A DNA stretch of 58,438 bases, counting the filler, from Sphacelaria rigidula (lineage: Eukaryota), in NCBI GenBank assembly GCA_964200075.2. It is 7 parts of 7 records of this genome, joined end to end, with 100 filler letters (N's around TTAATTAATTAA, not from the genome) between each part and the next. Parts side by side here need not be neighbours in the genome. Positions count along the whole stretch, not along the records: positions 8,364 to 16,626 come from CAXNAA020011730.1; positions 16,727 to 24,989 come from CAXNAA020011731.1; 5 more parts are not named here. One strand, 5' to 3'. The notes beneath the pieces were generated by a model. That model was not told the origin of the DNA, did not search any database, and saw nothing but the letters and a program-made list of their open reading frames with translations. The translations under genes were made by a program, and so were the position numbers. Below, piece by piece: positions 12,715 to 25,089 of the stretch (its first letter is position 1; the number at the start of each line of letters is the position of its first letter).

Positions 12715-15700
12715 TACAAAGTCTCACCTTTTGAGTTTCCTTTGCTGAGCCGAGTACTCCGTAGATAACGATTGTTTTGCCTACCAGCACGAATATAACA
12801 ACCGCGGTACACACCGCGTTGCGCACGAAAATCCGTTTGTATACCGCCATCGCTGACGGATTGTGCACCGGTCCGCTCACCACGAGCGGCTTCAGGAATA
12901 CTGCCAAGAGTGCAATGAGCTGCCAAAAATAGCGAGAAAAAAGCGGGTAATGAGCAGCAATCACACAGCAGGAAGGCAATACAGCGGCGTCGGCACTTAG
13001 GGTATAGAAGTGTAGATTTAAAGGGTGAGACGCCTTCGCGATGATATCTCTTCACTCGTTTTCCTGAATGAAAGAGATCCCGGACAAGGCAGAGAAACGA
13101 CCCCGTGCATACACAGACCGTGACGGCATCACTCTAATCGAGGCTCATAACCTCTTGGAGATATTTGTGGCTCGTTGGTAATGTTCTCGAAGTAGACCGA
13201 CTACTGTTGCGGAGACAGTAGACTAAGTATAGCAGAGGGTGCACAGTGGTAGTTAAACGACTTGCTTCTGCAGCTCAGAATAAAATCAATGAGACGAATG
13301 GTTGATTGGACTCTTCATCCGGCCAACAAAAAACAGAACGCACAGTCTCTCTTCAAAGCAGAGAGCTGGAAGTGGTGAAGGAGAGTAATTACGAAGGGCG
13401 GTAGGCACCACCGATTGCAAACATGCTCAATCCTGGAAGAAGAATCAAGCACTTCTGCATGTACGTAGGGTCCAATCGCATCATCCAGTTCAACCTCGCT
13501 ATTGCTAACGCAGTAGCGTTGACAGCTTGGATCAACAACAACTTTGCACACAGGATATCCTACGGCTGACGTGATCTAGATACTCGCTCGAGGATTGACA
13601 AATCATGGCAATACGCCTACTCTAGCAATATCCTACTCGTGACCTGTCGCAGTTTAGGGGCCCCCTTGGTTTAGGGACACTTTTTCGGATCGGGACAACC
13701 CCCTCTGGCACGGGGTATCCCTCTAAGCACGCGGTCCTGCCACGTATTACGAAATCCTTGGTGATGCTCACCGTTCGATGGCGGGGAAAGCAAGGGGTTT
13801 TTGGTGCCTCAGTGTAACAACAGCGTCGTTTGTTAGTGCGCTTGATGCCCGCGTTGAAGGAGAAGTGTGAGTACCGAGAAACGAGCGTGGTTTACGGCTT
13901 GCTACCGTGAAAACGGAAATGGTTTATATTGGCCCTCATTCCACACAAGCCTACTCGACTTCTCGCTCTTGCGGTAGCGGTATAATGCACAGTCGATGCC
14001 CTCAAGTGTCGTCAAAAAGAGGTGCAAGAGCATGATAATAGTCGTTGGCTGAGGACACTACATGACACTCCCGAGGTTCTGGATTTCCGTACCTGGATCA
14101 GAACAAGAATCTGATTGATCAGATACCTCGTGGATATATCTCTCCGACCGGCGGGTGTCATGTCCTCTGCGCCATTCTTGCATTCTTTTCCCTATGAGTA
14201 ATGAACAACAACGACGTAGCCGGATACCGATGAAGCGGACATGGCAAGACGCCGTCGAGCAGTAATTTGTAGGTCATCGGCGTTGCTTTTTGGTTTTGTT
14301 TTCAGAGCTGCGCATTGCAACACATGATGGTCCCAAATCCGTGCTGGTTTGCAAGACGACTTCGGAATGTTTGTCACATGGTCACGTCTATTCCCCACGT
14401 CAGTAAACGTACAAACCTATCTTTATGGATTTCGCCTCCTGTTGCAGTGCCCTGTAGAATACCGCGACAAAGATTCGGTTCCCATCACACTGCAGGTGTA
14501 TGCCACAGGCGGCTGCAGTAGACCACACCAGCGGTTAACGCGGGCCCCAGGTGCATATTCTCCCTGGCACCCTCATCATGCAAGTGGTAGATGCTGTTGT
14601 TGTACGACGCGCACTTATTGAACGTGGCCCGCCTTGAAGTTTCGTTTGTAAGACAACTATCTACACCTCGTCTTCTGATCGAATCCATGCGAACTGTACT
14701 TTTCGTGTTTCGTCGCTGGATTGGAAAACTTTTGTACCACACATCAAATGGGCATACTTTGGCAATACGTGGTTTATGTTGCGTTCGAACCTCACCTCGA
14801 TACTCACGCCCCCGGGATACGTTAAGCCTATCACCACCCCCGTAATTGGCCTGGGGAAGTTACAAGGGAAAAGGGGGTTAACAGGGTCGCTTAGAGCATT
14901 TCAGTGTTGACACGAACACAAAAGAGTTTTCGAGATAGATTAGCTCGGGGGAAAGAAGTAGGTGGGCCGCGGTCTCCACATTCGTCCCCCTTTCGCAACA
15001 ATCTCAACACGGCGTGACTGTAAAACTGACTATTTCATCATCATGGGGTCTCTTCAGGATATGTATACCCACCTGGGATGCGGATAGTCACAATGTGTAC
15101 GGATGATCATCAGGCATTCCCGTCTCCGGGATATCGATCTGGGACTGCACAACCATCCAAGATCTGCCTCTCGGACGTCCTCCCGTGGATATACAGCACG
15201 ATCTCTTAGCTCACGCGCTAACCGAGAGGGGTGCTACCACTGCACCGTAAGCGGCACGCTATCGTTGTACCACAGTCAATTTACACTACACGGCGCGCCG
15301 CCACCTAACACTAAATATCATGCATAATCACCAGCTCAGAAGTTTCTTCACGGGGTTTTGAGTTGACTTCGGATACACGAAAGGACGCGCAGTCAGCAAA
15401 CATCGCTGACGGGACAGACCGATCTCAGCAGGTGAGATGTTTGAGATAAACGTTCGCATTTTGTTCGATGCTCATCTTGGGCATCCAGGCAGGATCAATT
15501 TCCCACATGCATATCCCACGCTGACATTGAGAATGAGTTCAATCTTGAATCAAGTTCGTTTTCAGAATGATTGAAAGATCCCACATGGGTATCCACGAAC
15601 GACAGAGAGCTTACACATCAATGATGCAAGACTCCCGACTGGGACAGTACACAGGAAAGGATAAGCATTTCGAATATATGTAAAAACAATCAGTACGAGA

Positions 15701-16626
15701 CTGATGAGCGTGGAAAAGCACAATGACGAAACCATGATAATACTATGAGCCTGGAGAATCGAAGTGAGATTTGCCAGGCATCGTGGTTATCTTGAGGCGA
15801 TCACACGTCTCCGATATGCGCGCACACCTACGAAGATCCCAAGAGGGAGCCGTAATGAAGACACCGCTTGATTGGGGTATATGGCAATCACGACCGTACC
15901 TGTCATAGCCAGGGTGAGTCAATTTCACCGCAAGTCCTGGTGATGACGGAACACTCTGTGCATGTTCACACTGGTATGTCAAATACCATATTTTTTCCTG
16001 AAATATTGATGGCTCAGTAATTCCTCACGTGCAGAGGCTACTGCCGGAGGGACTACATTTTTTATACCTTAAATTCTGTACGCTGACCGGGTGCTGTATT
16101 TTGTCCATTGTCTGATGCTGCTGAGATGGGTGCTATTTGCCGACATCACCCAAAATATATCACCATTCGCTCCTGCTGGTCGAAACAAATGTATAGTACA
16201 CCCAAGGCTCTGATTTCCTGAGAGAGGGGTCTTGGGGACTTGACCACCCGAAGCAAGTAGCAGCTGGATGTGTAGCAGGTGTGTTAAACCCTCGAAGAAA
16301 CGCTTGATCATATTCTATCGTAATCCTCCTAGCAACGAATCGGCAGAGCAAGTGATGGGATGTGGCGGTCACATCTCATCTGTCATCCAACAAAACAGCT
16401 AATACTTATCAATAATGATTCATCACACAAATCTACAGGAGCACATTTTTGGTTCCGAATGCGTACATAGCGCATCATTCAACTGCCATTCCACGTCATT
16501 CAACACGATGACGATCAACGACGCACCTATAATCGTCATAACTTGCGAACAAACAGCCGATCCTAATTTTTGGGGTTGAAACAAAATATGAGGTTGAAGT
16601 CCCATCCCTCCATTGCAGGGAAGATA

Positions 16627-16726
16627 NNNNNNNNNNNNNNNNNNNNNNNNNNNNNNNNNNNNNNNNNNNNTTAATTAATTAANNNNNNNNNNNNNNNNNN
16701 NNNNNNNNNNNNNNNNNNNNNNNNNN
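16627..16726. other. Artificial contig linker
   Basis: Same 100-bp N/TTAATTAATTAA/N linker. Confidence 0.98.
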
Positions 16727-16849
16727 TCGCGTTTCTGGCCATTTTTCGTACCTTTTTTAGGCAAAAAACGAGAAGGTATACCTTTTCTAGGCCATTGCCC
16801 TAAAATATATATAATTTCAAATTCCACCTCTAGTATATAACCATGTCTC

Positions 16850-17300
16850 TTGGACCATTTACGGTCAGTAACACCCTCCTGGTAAACGGAGTCTTTACTC
16901 CGTATCGCCCCCGCAACACAGACTTGGGCATTGTGATTTGAGCACGGTCTGCTTATTTTGCCAAAACTATCGACGCTAGCGCTTTCGAGTGCTCATGGAA
17001 AAAACGAAAAGAGGCCATCCGCAAAAAATGCTAGACTGAGGTCTGTGCAGTACAGGAGAGAAAGACGATCTCGATCCTTAATGTGAAGAATTTCATACGT
17101 ATTCATTATCTGAGTATTAACCGTTCCGTTGCGGAAGAGCCCGAAGACTGTTTTAATTGGACCAAAGACGGTCAATAACACCCTCCTGATAAACGCGGTA
17201 TCTAGTCCGTATCGCCCCAAAAGCACCAACTTGGGCACTGCAGTTTGAGCGCGGCCTACGTTCCCCCCCTAAATCTACCGGTACTAGCACTTTCGAGTAG
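16850..17300 (+). repeat. Two diverged direct repeats of about 140 bp, about 308 bp apart; probably transposon subterminal sequence
   Basis: ggacca..acggtca.taacaccctcctg.taaacg...tccgtatcgcccc...acttgggca.tg...tttgagc.cgg at about 16851 and 17159. Confidence 0.8.
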
Positions 17301-18190
17301 TAATAAAGAATAGTACTCGAGAAAGACACAAAAACTACAACAACAACGGGTTCTGAAAACTTCTGATGCTGACTACTATATTACGATGTGATGGGCATTG
17401 AGAGGAGTATCGTCACCGCCCGAAGCCGAAATCATTGGGCATCGTGAAAAAGAATAGAGCTTCCGTGTGCCATATACTGAAACGACAGCACTACTTCCCA
17501 TCATACGTACCTTTCGCGACATTATGTCAAGCGACAACCCCTCTTTCCGGCCTGAATCCAACGTACGGTTCCAACCGCCCTTCGAGCTGTTGACGCGTGA
17601 ATCGACGACAGCGCAGTGTTTCACTTTGGTTACTTATATCACATCTCCCTTATAATATCGCTGTGCCGTTGGTCATAGCACATGGGGGTCAAGTGAATCC
17701 CAACCGAATTGTGCTTCTTGGGTTCTGAGTGACTTTCAATCGTTGATAATATTATACTACAAGTGTAAGCGTATACCCTGGACGCCAGGAGTGTAGACGT
17801 TGATGGTGTGTACAGGGCAAACAGTGTGTAAAAGCGGGTCTATCAAGAGGGAAATGGATCATCAACGGATCTGATGAAAACGAAGAAAGGCGAATTTGAA
17901 GAGCGACAAAACATCGTGTGACCGTGATATCACAGAGTGATCACATCAACTATCGCATGTTCCGAAACATTCAACAAGCGTGCTTCCCTGCTCAGTGCTC
18001 GAGCCTTTGATTGGGGGGGGAAACGAGGGTGGTTGAATATAAGCAATTGTAGAGATAGGAGCGAGGTAGAAAGAGACAGAGTCTGCATGGGTATGCATTC
18101 AGTAGGCGGCACACCATAGCGCAGGCTTTCTTTGGACAGTCGAGCTTCGGCCGGGTTACACACGAGACACCCTTGGGGGGAGGCTAAACG

Positions 18191-19636
18191 ATGACTTCTT
18201 TGAAAAACCACAACAACGACAACAGCGACATCAACAATGACAACTATGACGAAGACCACAACGCGCGCGCTCCATCGCCGCAACTACGAACCCACGCGCG
18301 TAATCCGTCTAGCTTCTCAACTAGCGAACAAAGCGATTCATCAGGGTTCTCCCAAGTGAATCCACTTCCACCCGACTTCGACCAAACTCTCCCCACGCGT
18401 GCGCGAGACCGGCCCAATGTGCCGTTCGTCGCGAAGACGGGATGGAGTCGGACTGTTTTCACTGGTGATGAACCTCCATCGCCGCCAAATATAACTTTGG
18501 GCGCACCGGGCACGGGCCTCTCCAAGGCCGCGCTAGCTACAGAGAAGGCCTTAGGTCCCACCGTCGGGCACAAGGCCCGCGACCATCAGGCTTCGTCGTC
18601 GAGATCGCTGTTGCACTCGACCGCCGGAGACTCCGCTTCCTGGGCCGCCAAGGTTACGGCCGATGATCTCGTGGCCGCCGACTCATTGCGAAAGGTTGGT
18701 CCGCCAGAAGGTGCTGTACCGTTGCCACCGCCCAGATCGCCCAGATGTAGGTCGGAGAATGAAGCCTCAGAGTCTGTCTCAGTGATGGAGTCGCCAAGGT
18801 CGACGGCCAGACGACGTCGTGGCACTAACCCGTCTTCACCCACGACGTCGTCCGCTTCTTCGGATCTGAATTTTTTGGTGGCCCCGCTCACGGGCAGTTT
18901 TTTCGGCACACGTGCGACGGTCGGGCGAGCTGTCGATCCCCGAATGCCTTCGACAGCTGGCGAGGCCACGTTACACAACAATCTTGCGAAGTATCTTGGG
19001 CACGAGCCGGGGGAGAATGGGAGTTATGCTAGCGTCAGTGGCGGTGGTCGTGACCTTCCCGGGCGAGGGGTGAGTTTGCCGAACTTTGGGCAGCGTAATT
19101 TGGAGCGACCGAACTTGGATGAAAACTTTCGCGTAGCGTCGTCCGTTTTGGGGGTAGATTTTTCGTCATTCAGGGATTCGAATGAGAAAAGGCGATTTGA
19201 CTCTTCGAACGGAGGCCTCTCTACACGCAAGAAAGACGACAACACAGCGGGTGGCGAAGGTGATGCCACTTCTGCCCCAACCGCGAGCACCAGCGACGAG
19301 GAGGAGCAGGAGACAAAGCATGCGATGAAGAACGACGGCCGCGGAGAAAGAAGCGCTGAGCAACTCAAGCTTGAGTTTTACTCAAGCATGGAGGCCGCAG
19401 AGGCTGCCGCCAGGACGGCGTTGTCTCGGAGTGAGCCCAAGACGCCGGAGGATAATGGGAAGCGGGGATTGGTCGCTACTAGGGGAAGTTGGAAGAGTAC
19501 GGAGCGGGAGAAAAGAGGCGAGCGAGGCGTGCGCGGGCGTGAGGATGGAATGAGTAGTGATGATTATGGGAGGGATGAGGGGGACGGTGGCAGCGTGGTT
19601 GCCTCTTCCTGTTCGTGTGCTAGGTGGCCATGGAAG
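18191..19636 (+). CDS. Long first exon of an unknown protein (Ser/Pro/Gly/acidic, probably disordered)
   Basis: 604-aa ORF with coding-like composition up to ARWPWK; donor AAG|gtgagg at 19637; downstream exons not found in this contig. Confidence 0.65.
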
Positions 19637-21175
19637 GTGAGGGCACACTGCGCATGTAGATGCTTTCCATTCTGCACGGGGCTTTGTCTGTTACATCTCC
19701 GTACTTCAGGAGGTGAGACGGATGGGGAAAGAGATGGGGTGCCCACCCCGGAGGAGGATGGGGCGGGTATGTGGTGGGGGGTAAGCTGGGCGCGAGTATA
19801 CATACGTGCATTGCCTACACATGCAATTTTGAACAAGGTGTATCATGTACAGGTTGCAGTTCGCTTATGGATGTCGAAAACTTGCAATTCTTTGGGTGAA
19901 GTACTTTACTGCCTTGATGTGACACGGAGTTGCTGTACACTCTTTCCGTCCTGTGTACTGTCCCTGACCGTACCAAAGCCGTGGCGTCTGTGGCTGGCCG
20001 TATAACCATGTTCGCACAGCAGGCGTAACTTTTGAACTTCCCAGTACATCGTGCGTCCGTTCATTCAAATCTTTCCAGAATTCTTGGACGAAATCGACAG
20101 AATCAAGTGCCGTTGCTGTATTCTCGTATCTTCGCCTTGGCGGGTATGTTCGCGTGACCCGTTCGCGTTTCATGCGTAGTGACAGTGTATGAAAGTACTG
20201 TCTTGTCTGTTGACCCTTCGACGGCCAGGCTGGGTCCCATGTTTCTCTTGTAGTCATTTTCCAAGTGAAAATGATGTTGGTTAACGGACGGCAGCTGAAA
20301 GTGTCATACTCACGGGCTGGATCGTTGCAGTCAGCTAATGTGAGATAATCAACCAATCAATCAATCACTGTACAAGATATCCCGTAAAATCGCAGATCGT
20401 CAATGACTGTCAACCTCGTGAGCAGAAATTTATCGAGCACAATTGAAATTGCGAGTCAAATCGCGGGCGTCCTCTGCTGTGGCTGGGACGCGAGAGCCAA
20501 TGTACGTGTAGCCAGCGACTGAAAATCCTCGATTTCCGTCGGGCATATAGGGCGTTGTTCGATCCTCGTTCATTTTTCCGAGATGAACTATGACATGCTT
20601 AGCATGAATTCCCGTGGGCTGCAGTTCCTGTTGGTCTGCAATTCCTGATTGTCGAATCGAACTTGCATCAGCTGCCCGCAGATGAGGTCGGTCCTGTCAA
20701 GTTGTAGGGTTCTGCGAGCCCTGGATAACAACGCAGATGCCAAGTATGTAGTTTCACCAAACCACGAGCAGCGCGCGTGCAGTTGCCTCTTATGGTTTCA
20801 ACTGTTACGTAACTCCACTTTTCTATTTTTCGTGTATTTGCTCCATCGAGAAGAAATCTTCGCGGTTGTGTACAGGCTGAGCTAGCTGACGGTGATTTTT
20901 CAATGTAGTTTGGCGGTGCGGCGGGTGATTCGAAGAGTTACTAGGCGCTGAAATTTCGACACAACATTTTTATTATCACTACGCCAGACTACGCACAACA
21001 TTTCTCGAGGTGCATTGGAAGAAAAAACAGGAAGTAAAAATAAAAGCGATCTGGACTCTCTGCAAAACCTAAGAAATGCTAAAACTCCGTGAAAAAAACA
21101 GAAGGGCGGATGCGCCTCCAGAAATGTTGTGCGTAGCGATTATCACAATGTTGTGTAAAAATTTCAGCGCCTTAA

Positions 21176-21273
21176 CCCTCAGACCGCGAGGTTAGTCTTT
21201 CTGGATCATGCATACTTTTTTTCACTCGAAATTGATGCTGATTCAACACAAGACTAACCTCGCGGTCTAAGGG
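21176..21273. mobile_element. piggyBac-type MITE, 98 bp
   Basis: TTAA on both sides (21172-21175, 21274-21277); 24-bp TIRs CCCT(C/T)AGACCGCGAGGTTAGTCTT, 23/24 identical; CCC...GGG termini. Confidence 0.9.
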
Positions 21274-21309
21274 TTAACTCTTCGAATTATCTTATGCATC
21301 CAATTATTC

Positions 21310-21385
21310 GTGTGGCACCCAGTCGTCAAACTGGTAGAACCGCCTCTTATTACAGAGGTCACGAGTTCGAATCCCGACACGGCCA
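21310..21385 (+). promoter_or_regulatory. tRNA-derived, Pol III A/B-box-like block (SINE-head-like), copy 1
   Basis: gtcgtcaaactggtaga (A-like), cctct-loop-agagg stem, gagttcgaatccc (B box, 21363-21375). Confidence 0.6.
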
Positions 21386-22379
21386 TTTTGTTTTTGCGCA
21401 TAATCTGCCATAGCGCCCTATATCTGGGGTGTGTATAGCGCGGTTTGAGGTATTTTTGCACTTCTACTTCTTACGGTAAATGACCGTCGGCTGGGAGGTT
21501 CTCTCTCATGATGAAGCTGTTGACAACCTTGATGCTATCTTGCAGCACTACTTGTACCAGTGTGCTTTTGCATGTCGAGTCAACGCGTGCCTGTGCGGCG
21601 CAATTCCCTACCGTAATTCCACCGCATTTCGTGAAACGAAACATCATCAGACACGCTTTCACACAACGATACGAGACGTTCCTGGTACTCAATGCAGTAC
21701 AAAAACATCATCGCCAAAACTTCGTCAATCGACCAGCGGCGGTGCCGTGCATTACCTGATTGGTCTGCAGTTCACAGCGATATGCTCGAGTCGAGCTGAC
21801 TTGGTGAACTTGACGAGTTATGGTTGGAGGTGCAAATGCGGAATGTACTGATGGCCCAGCTCGTGTAGAATATTATCATGATTATTTATTATTATTTCCG
21901 CACATCGGTCCGATCTCTTGAGCCCGTGTTCACAGACGTAGGTTCGTCTTTCCAATACTGTCTCTGCTATTTCTTACAAAACATTGAGTCCCCGCTATCC
22001 ATTTCTTCAGAGACTCCAGCCTAATTACATGACCAAACGAATGCAACAGATATTGTCATACCGTCAGTGGTCCTGGCTAACTGCGTTGTAGTTGTACAAA
22101 CGGAGCCTGCCTCAAAGCCCACCTTCCTCTATCTTCGCGCACAATAACTTTTTTAAGTTCAACGAACTACCCGGATGTAAGCAATTATGAACTGCACCCC
22201 CTCCTGCTGCTGCAACGCCTTGAGCCGTGTCTCAGGGTGTGTCTTATTAGTCCTTTTTTTTTCGATCGATGAAGTGCGGTCGATTTTTTTTGCCGATCTT
22301 AGGCCGCTCCTTATAACGGGCAAAAATGAAAATCTGGAAAAGTACCTTTTCTGAGGTTTTATGTAGTTTTGCGCCCCAT

Positions 22380-22690
22380 AAGAGAGCCAGGCGGAGTTTA
22401 ACACCCTGGAATGACTTGCTCTACTGGTTGAGGTGGTTCCAGGACATCTTGCCGTGTTCCAGAGGTCGCAGTTTTCATTTTGACCAAACAAGAATTTTTG
22501 TCCACGAACAGTATAAAACAGTCAAGTCCAAAGAAAAGTGGCGATTTTTGCTAAATTTGACTGGTTTTCGTCGTTCTTCGACAAAAAAATCCTGTTTGGC
22601 CAAAATAAGGACTGCGGCCACCGGAAAACGGGGAGATGTCCTGGCACCGCCTCAACTACTACGAGCTGGGCCGGGAGTAAACCCAGCATT
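22380..22690. repeat. Inverted-repeat module of about 310 bp, copy A
   Basis: Arms about 22385-22510 and 22570-22690 (translations FGQNENCDLWNTARCPGT on -, FGQNKDCGHRKTGRCPGT on +). Confidence 0.75.
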
Positions 22691-23190
22691 CTCTGTCGTC
22701 ACCACAACTCTTCAAGTTTCCCAAATCAGCACGACCTGAGCATATCGCTGTGAACTACAGATTAACCTGGTAACATAAGGCACCGCCGCCGCCCGATTGG
22801 TGCACTTTCGGCGATGACGTTATTGTACTGCATTGAGTACCGAGTACGCACCAATTCTTTGTGCGATAGCGTGTCTGGGGACGTTTTGTCTCGCAAAATG
22901 CGTTGGAATTACGATAGACCGTTGAGCCGCATAGGCACACGCACACCGGGCATGCCCAGGCAAGAGCACATTGGTCGTGCTGCAAGATGGCATCAAGCTC
23001 GTCGCCATGAGCTCCACAATGGGAGATAAATTCCGAGCCAACTGTCGTATATCACCGCACGAGGGAGAAGTATTCCTTGAAGCTGCGCTATACTCCGCCA
23101 AAAGCAAGACCATCACCTGAACATCGAGACCCTTTGCAACCCAGAGGTACGAGATAGTATGCACGACTAGTGTGCACACAAAGACGTTAT

Positions 23191-23265
23191 TGTCGTGTCG
23201 GGATTCGAACTCGTGACCTGTGTCATTTGAGGCTGTTGTATCAGTTTGACCACCGGGATCACACA
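23191..23265 (-). promoter_or_regulatory. tRNA-derived Pol III-like block, copy 2 (inverted)
   Basis: Reverse complement reads cccggtggtcaaactgatacaacagcctc...caggtcacgagttcgaatcccgacacg. Confidence 0.6.
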
Positions 23266-23857
23266 GAAAATGCCACCCGAGGCACAATTTCACGTATTTT
23301 CGGCTGAAAATCTACGATGTGCCGCAGCGTTGTCATCGTTTTTTTCAATTTTTGAGGGAGTTATAGCATTTTGTCCTGTTTTTGCTGAAACTTCAGCTCG
23401 CTCTAACTTCCCCCCCCCCCCTTTTTTTTCTCCTCTGCACCCCTCACAGGGTTGCGCCGATTGATGATAAAAATGTCGTGTCAAAATTTCAGCGTCAACT
23501 GATAGTGCTGGGCTGTCTGCACTGCATGTTGCCCGCTTCTCTTTTTTATCCTCCTCTACGAGACACTCACACACGCACTCAAGACACTGCAAGCAGTGCA
23601 AACAGAACAGACTGTACTGTACATGAGTGACCATGTACCGTTTCACGAATTTCACTGTCTTTTTTCGATCGAAGGCTTGAAAATCCATCTGGACCTAACT
23701 ACGTCAAGACGAGAAAATTCCGCTCATGTTGATTCCACCGCCCCATTTTTTCGGTCGAAAAATCAAGTGCTGGCAGTAAGACCGACTCTGGTGGGAGCCG
23801 TTTAAAATTCCTTTTTCACACTACTTTTTGGCCCTTCTCCGTCGTTTCACGGCTTAA

Positions 23858-24173
23858 AAGAGGGCTAGGCGAATATTGAGGCTTTGGAATGACTGGCTCT
23901 ACTCATTGAGACAGTTCAGGGCAACACTTTACATTTCCCGCTGGCCGCACTTTTATTTTTGGCCGAAAACGGATTTTCAATGACTGACGGTCAAACGATC
24001 AAAACATTGAGGGAGATTTTGATCACCTGATCGTTCTTTACTGAAATTTCGTGTTTGGCGTTATTTGGTCAAAAACAAAAGTGCGGCCAGCGGGAAATGC
24101 AGAGTTGCCCTAGAACGGCCTCAGCGAGTAGAGCAAGTCAATCCAAGCCGTCAATATCCACCTAGCGCTCTTC
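23858..24173. repeat. Inverted-repeat module of about 315 bp, copy B (related to copy A)
   Basis: catttcccgctggccgcactttt vs aaaagtgcggccagcgggaaatg; ggaatgactggctctact resembles ggaatgacttgctctact in copy A. Confidence 0.8.
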
Positions 24174-24369
24174 TCGAGCGTAAATCGATGGAGAAGGACT
24201 CAATAGGCAGTTTTCGACAGGAATTTTGAACGGCTCCCGTTGCAGTTGGCCTAAGGCCGTGTCTAAATAAATCGTTTCCCCTCGAAAACGCACGGTGGAA
24301 TCGAATATGCTCGCACTTGATAAGTCTACAGGCTGATTCACGTTCATCACTCATAAAACACTCATCGGC

Positions 24370-24652
24370 AAGACCTCACGCCGTTTTAAGGAGGTAGACC
24401 TTGAAATTCTGCACGAATGTCCTACGGGTAATTACGCAACTTTCGAAGGTCGAGGTTTGTTTACGTTTTGACTTTTTTCACCGTTTTTTGGGGGTCCCAG
24501 TTTTTGGGGGGAAACCTCGACCAAATCGGACCTCCGTAAAACGGCAACAAGGAGGGGGAAAAAAAAACTCGTCCATCCACAGTTGCGTAATGTCCCGAAG
24601 CACAGTTGTGCAAAATTTCAGGGTCTAATTCCTTCAAACGGCGTGAGGTTTC
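24370..24652. repeat. Inverted repeat, arms about 70-80 bp (MITE or transposon subterminal)
   Basis: acctcacgccgttttaaggaggtagaccttgaaattctgcac...attacgcaact vs the reverse complement of agttgcgtaat...gtgcaaaatttcagggtctaattccttcaaacggcgtgaggt. Confidence 0.8.
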
Positions 24653-24989
24653 TGGCCTTTGTGCGATGAACTTTGCCGTACCGCGGTGAAACCGCAAACT
24701 ACTTGATTTCAGTACCAAAACGGCGTTTTTGGGCCTTCTTTGACGTGAACATGGAAATTCAAGCATTAGTTGATCGAGTTTTGCAACGAAAATTTGTGGA
24801 GCCCATCCTCGGGTTATGCGGAGGCAGATAGTTCGCGAAGAAATGAAGAAAAATATCGTAGTGCCGTTTTTCTTGGGTTCCAGAATGGGGACGACTTCGA
24901 TCCCGTCGGACCCCTGAAGTACGGTAGAAAACTCAAGAAGTACAAAAAACGTCGTCCGTACAGAGTTGCGTAATGATACATAGCATATT

Positions 24990-25089
24990 NNNNNNNNNNN
25001 NNNNNNNNNNNNNNNNNNNNNNNNNNNNNNNNNTTAATTAATTAANNNNNNNNNNNNNNNNNNNNNNNNNNNNNNNNNNNNNNNNNNNN
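24990..25089. other. Artificial contig linker
   Basis: Same 100-bp linker. Confidence 0.98.

Larger units (their letters stand above)
20928..23500. mobile_element. Large diverged inverted repeat or foldback-like element (arms about 20928-21870 and 22655-23500)
   Basis: Collinear reverse-complement similarity: ggcgctgaaatttcgacacaacattttt vs aaaaatgtcgtgtcaaaatttcagcg; a tRNA-like block in both arms; homologous translations CLCGAIPYRNSTAFRETK (+) and CLCGSTVYRNSNAFCETK (-). Confidence 0.8.

Noticed and set aside
13652..13676. Two TTTAGGG units as a telomere
   Set aside because: Too few, interrupted and internal to the contig.
8364..16626. Endogenous phaeovirus/NCLDV
   Set aside because: No capsid, polymerase, ATPase or integrase hallmark could be recognised; kept only as an untested possibility.
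19637..20005. Cys/Trp-rich tail of the 604-aa ORF
   Set aside because: Follows a strong donor site and the composition changes; probably intron.
21310..21385. Functional tRNA genes here, at 23191-23265, near 41290 and near 57757
   Set aside because: B-box-like GTTCGAATC is present, but I could not fold a complete cloverleaf; treated as tRNA-derived repeat sequence or chance matches.
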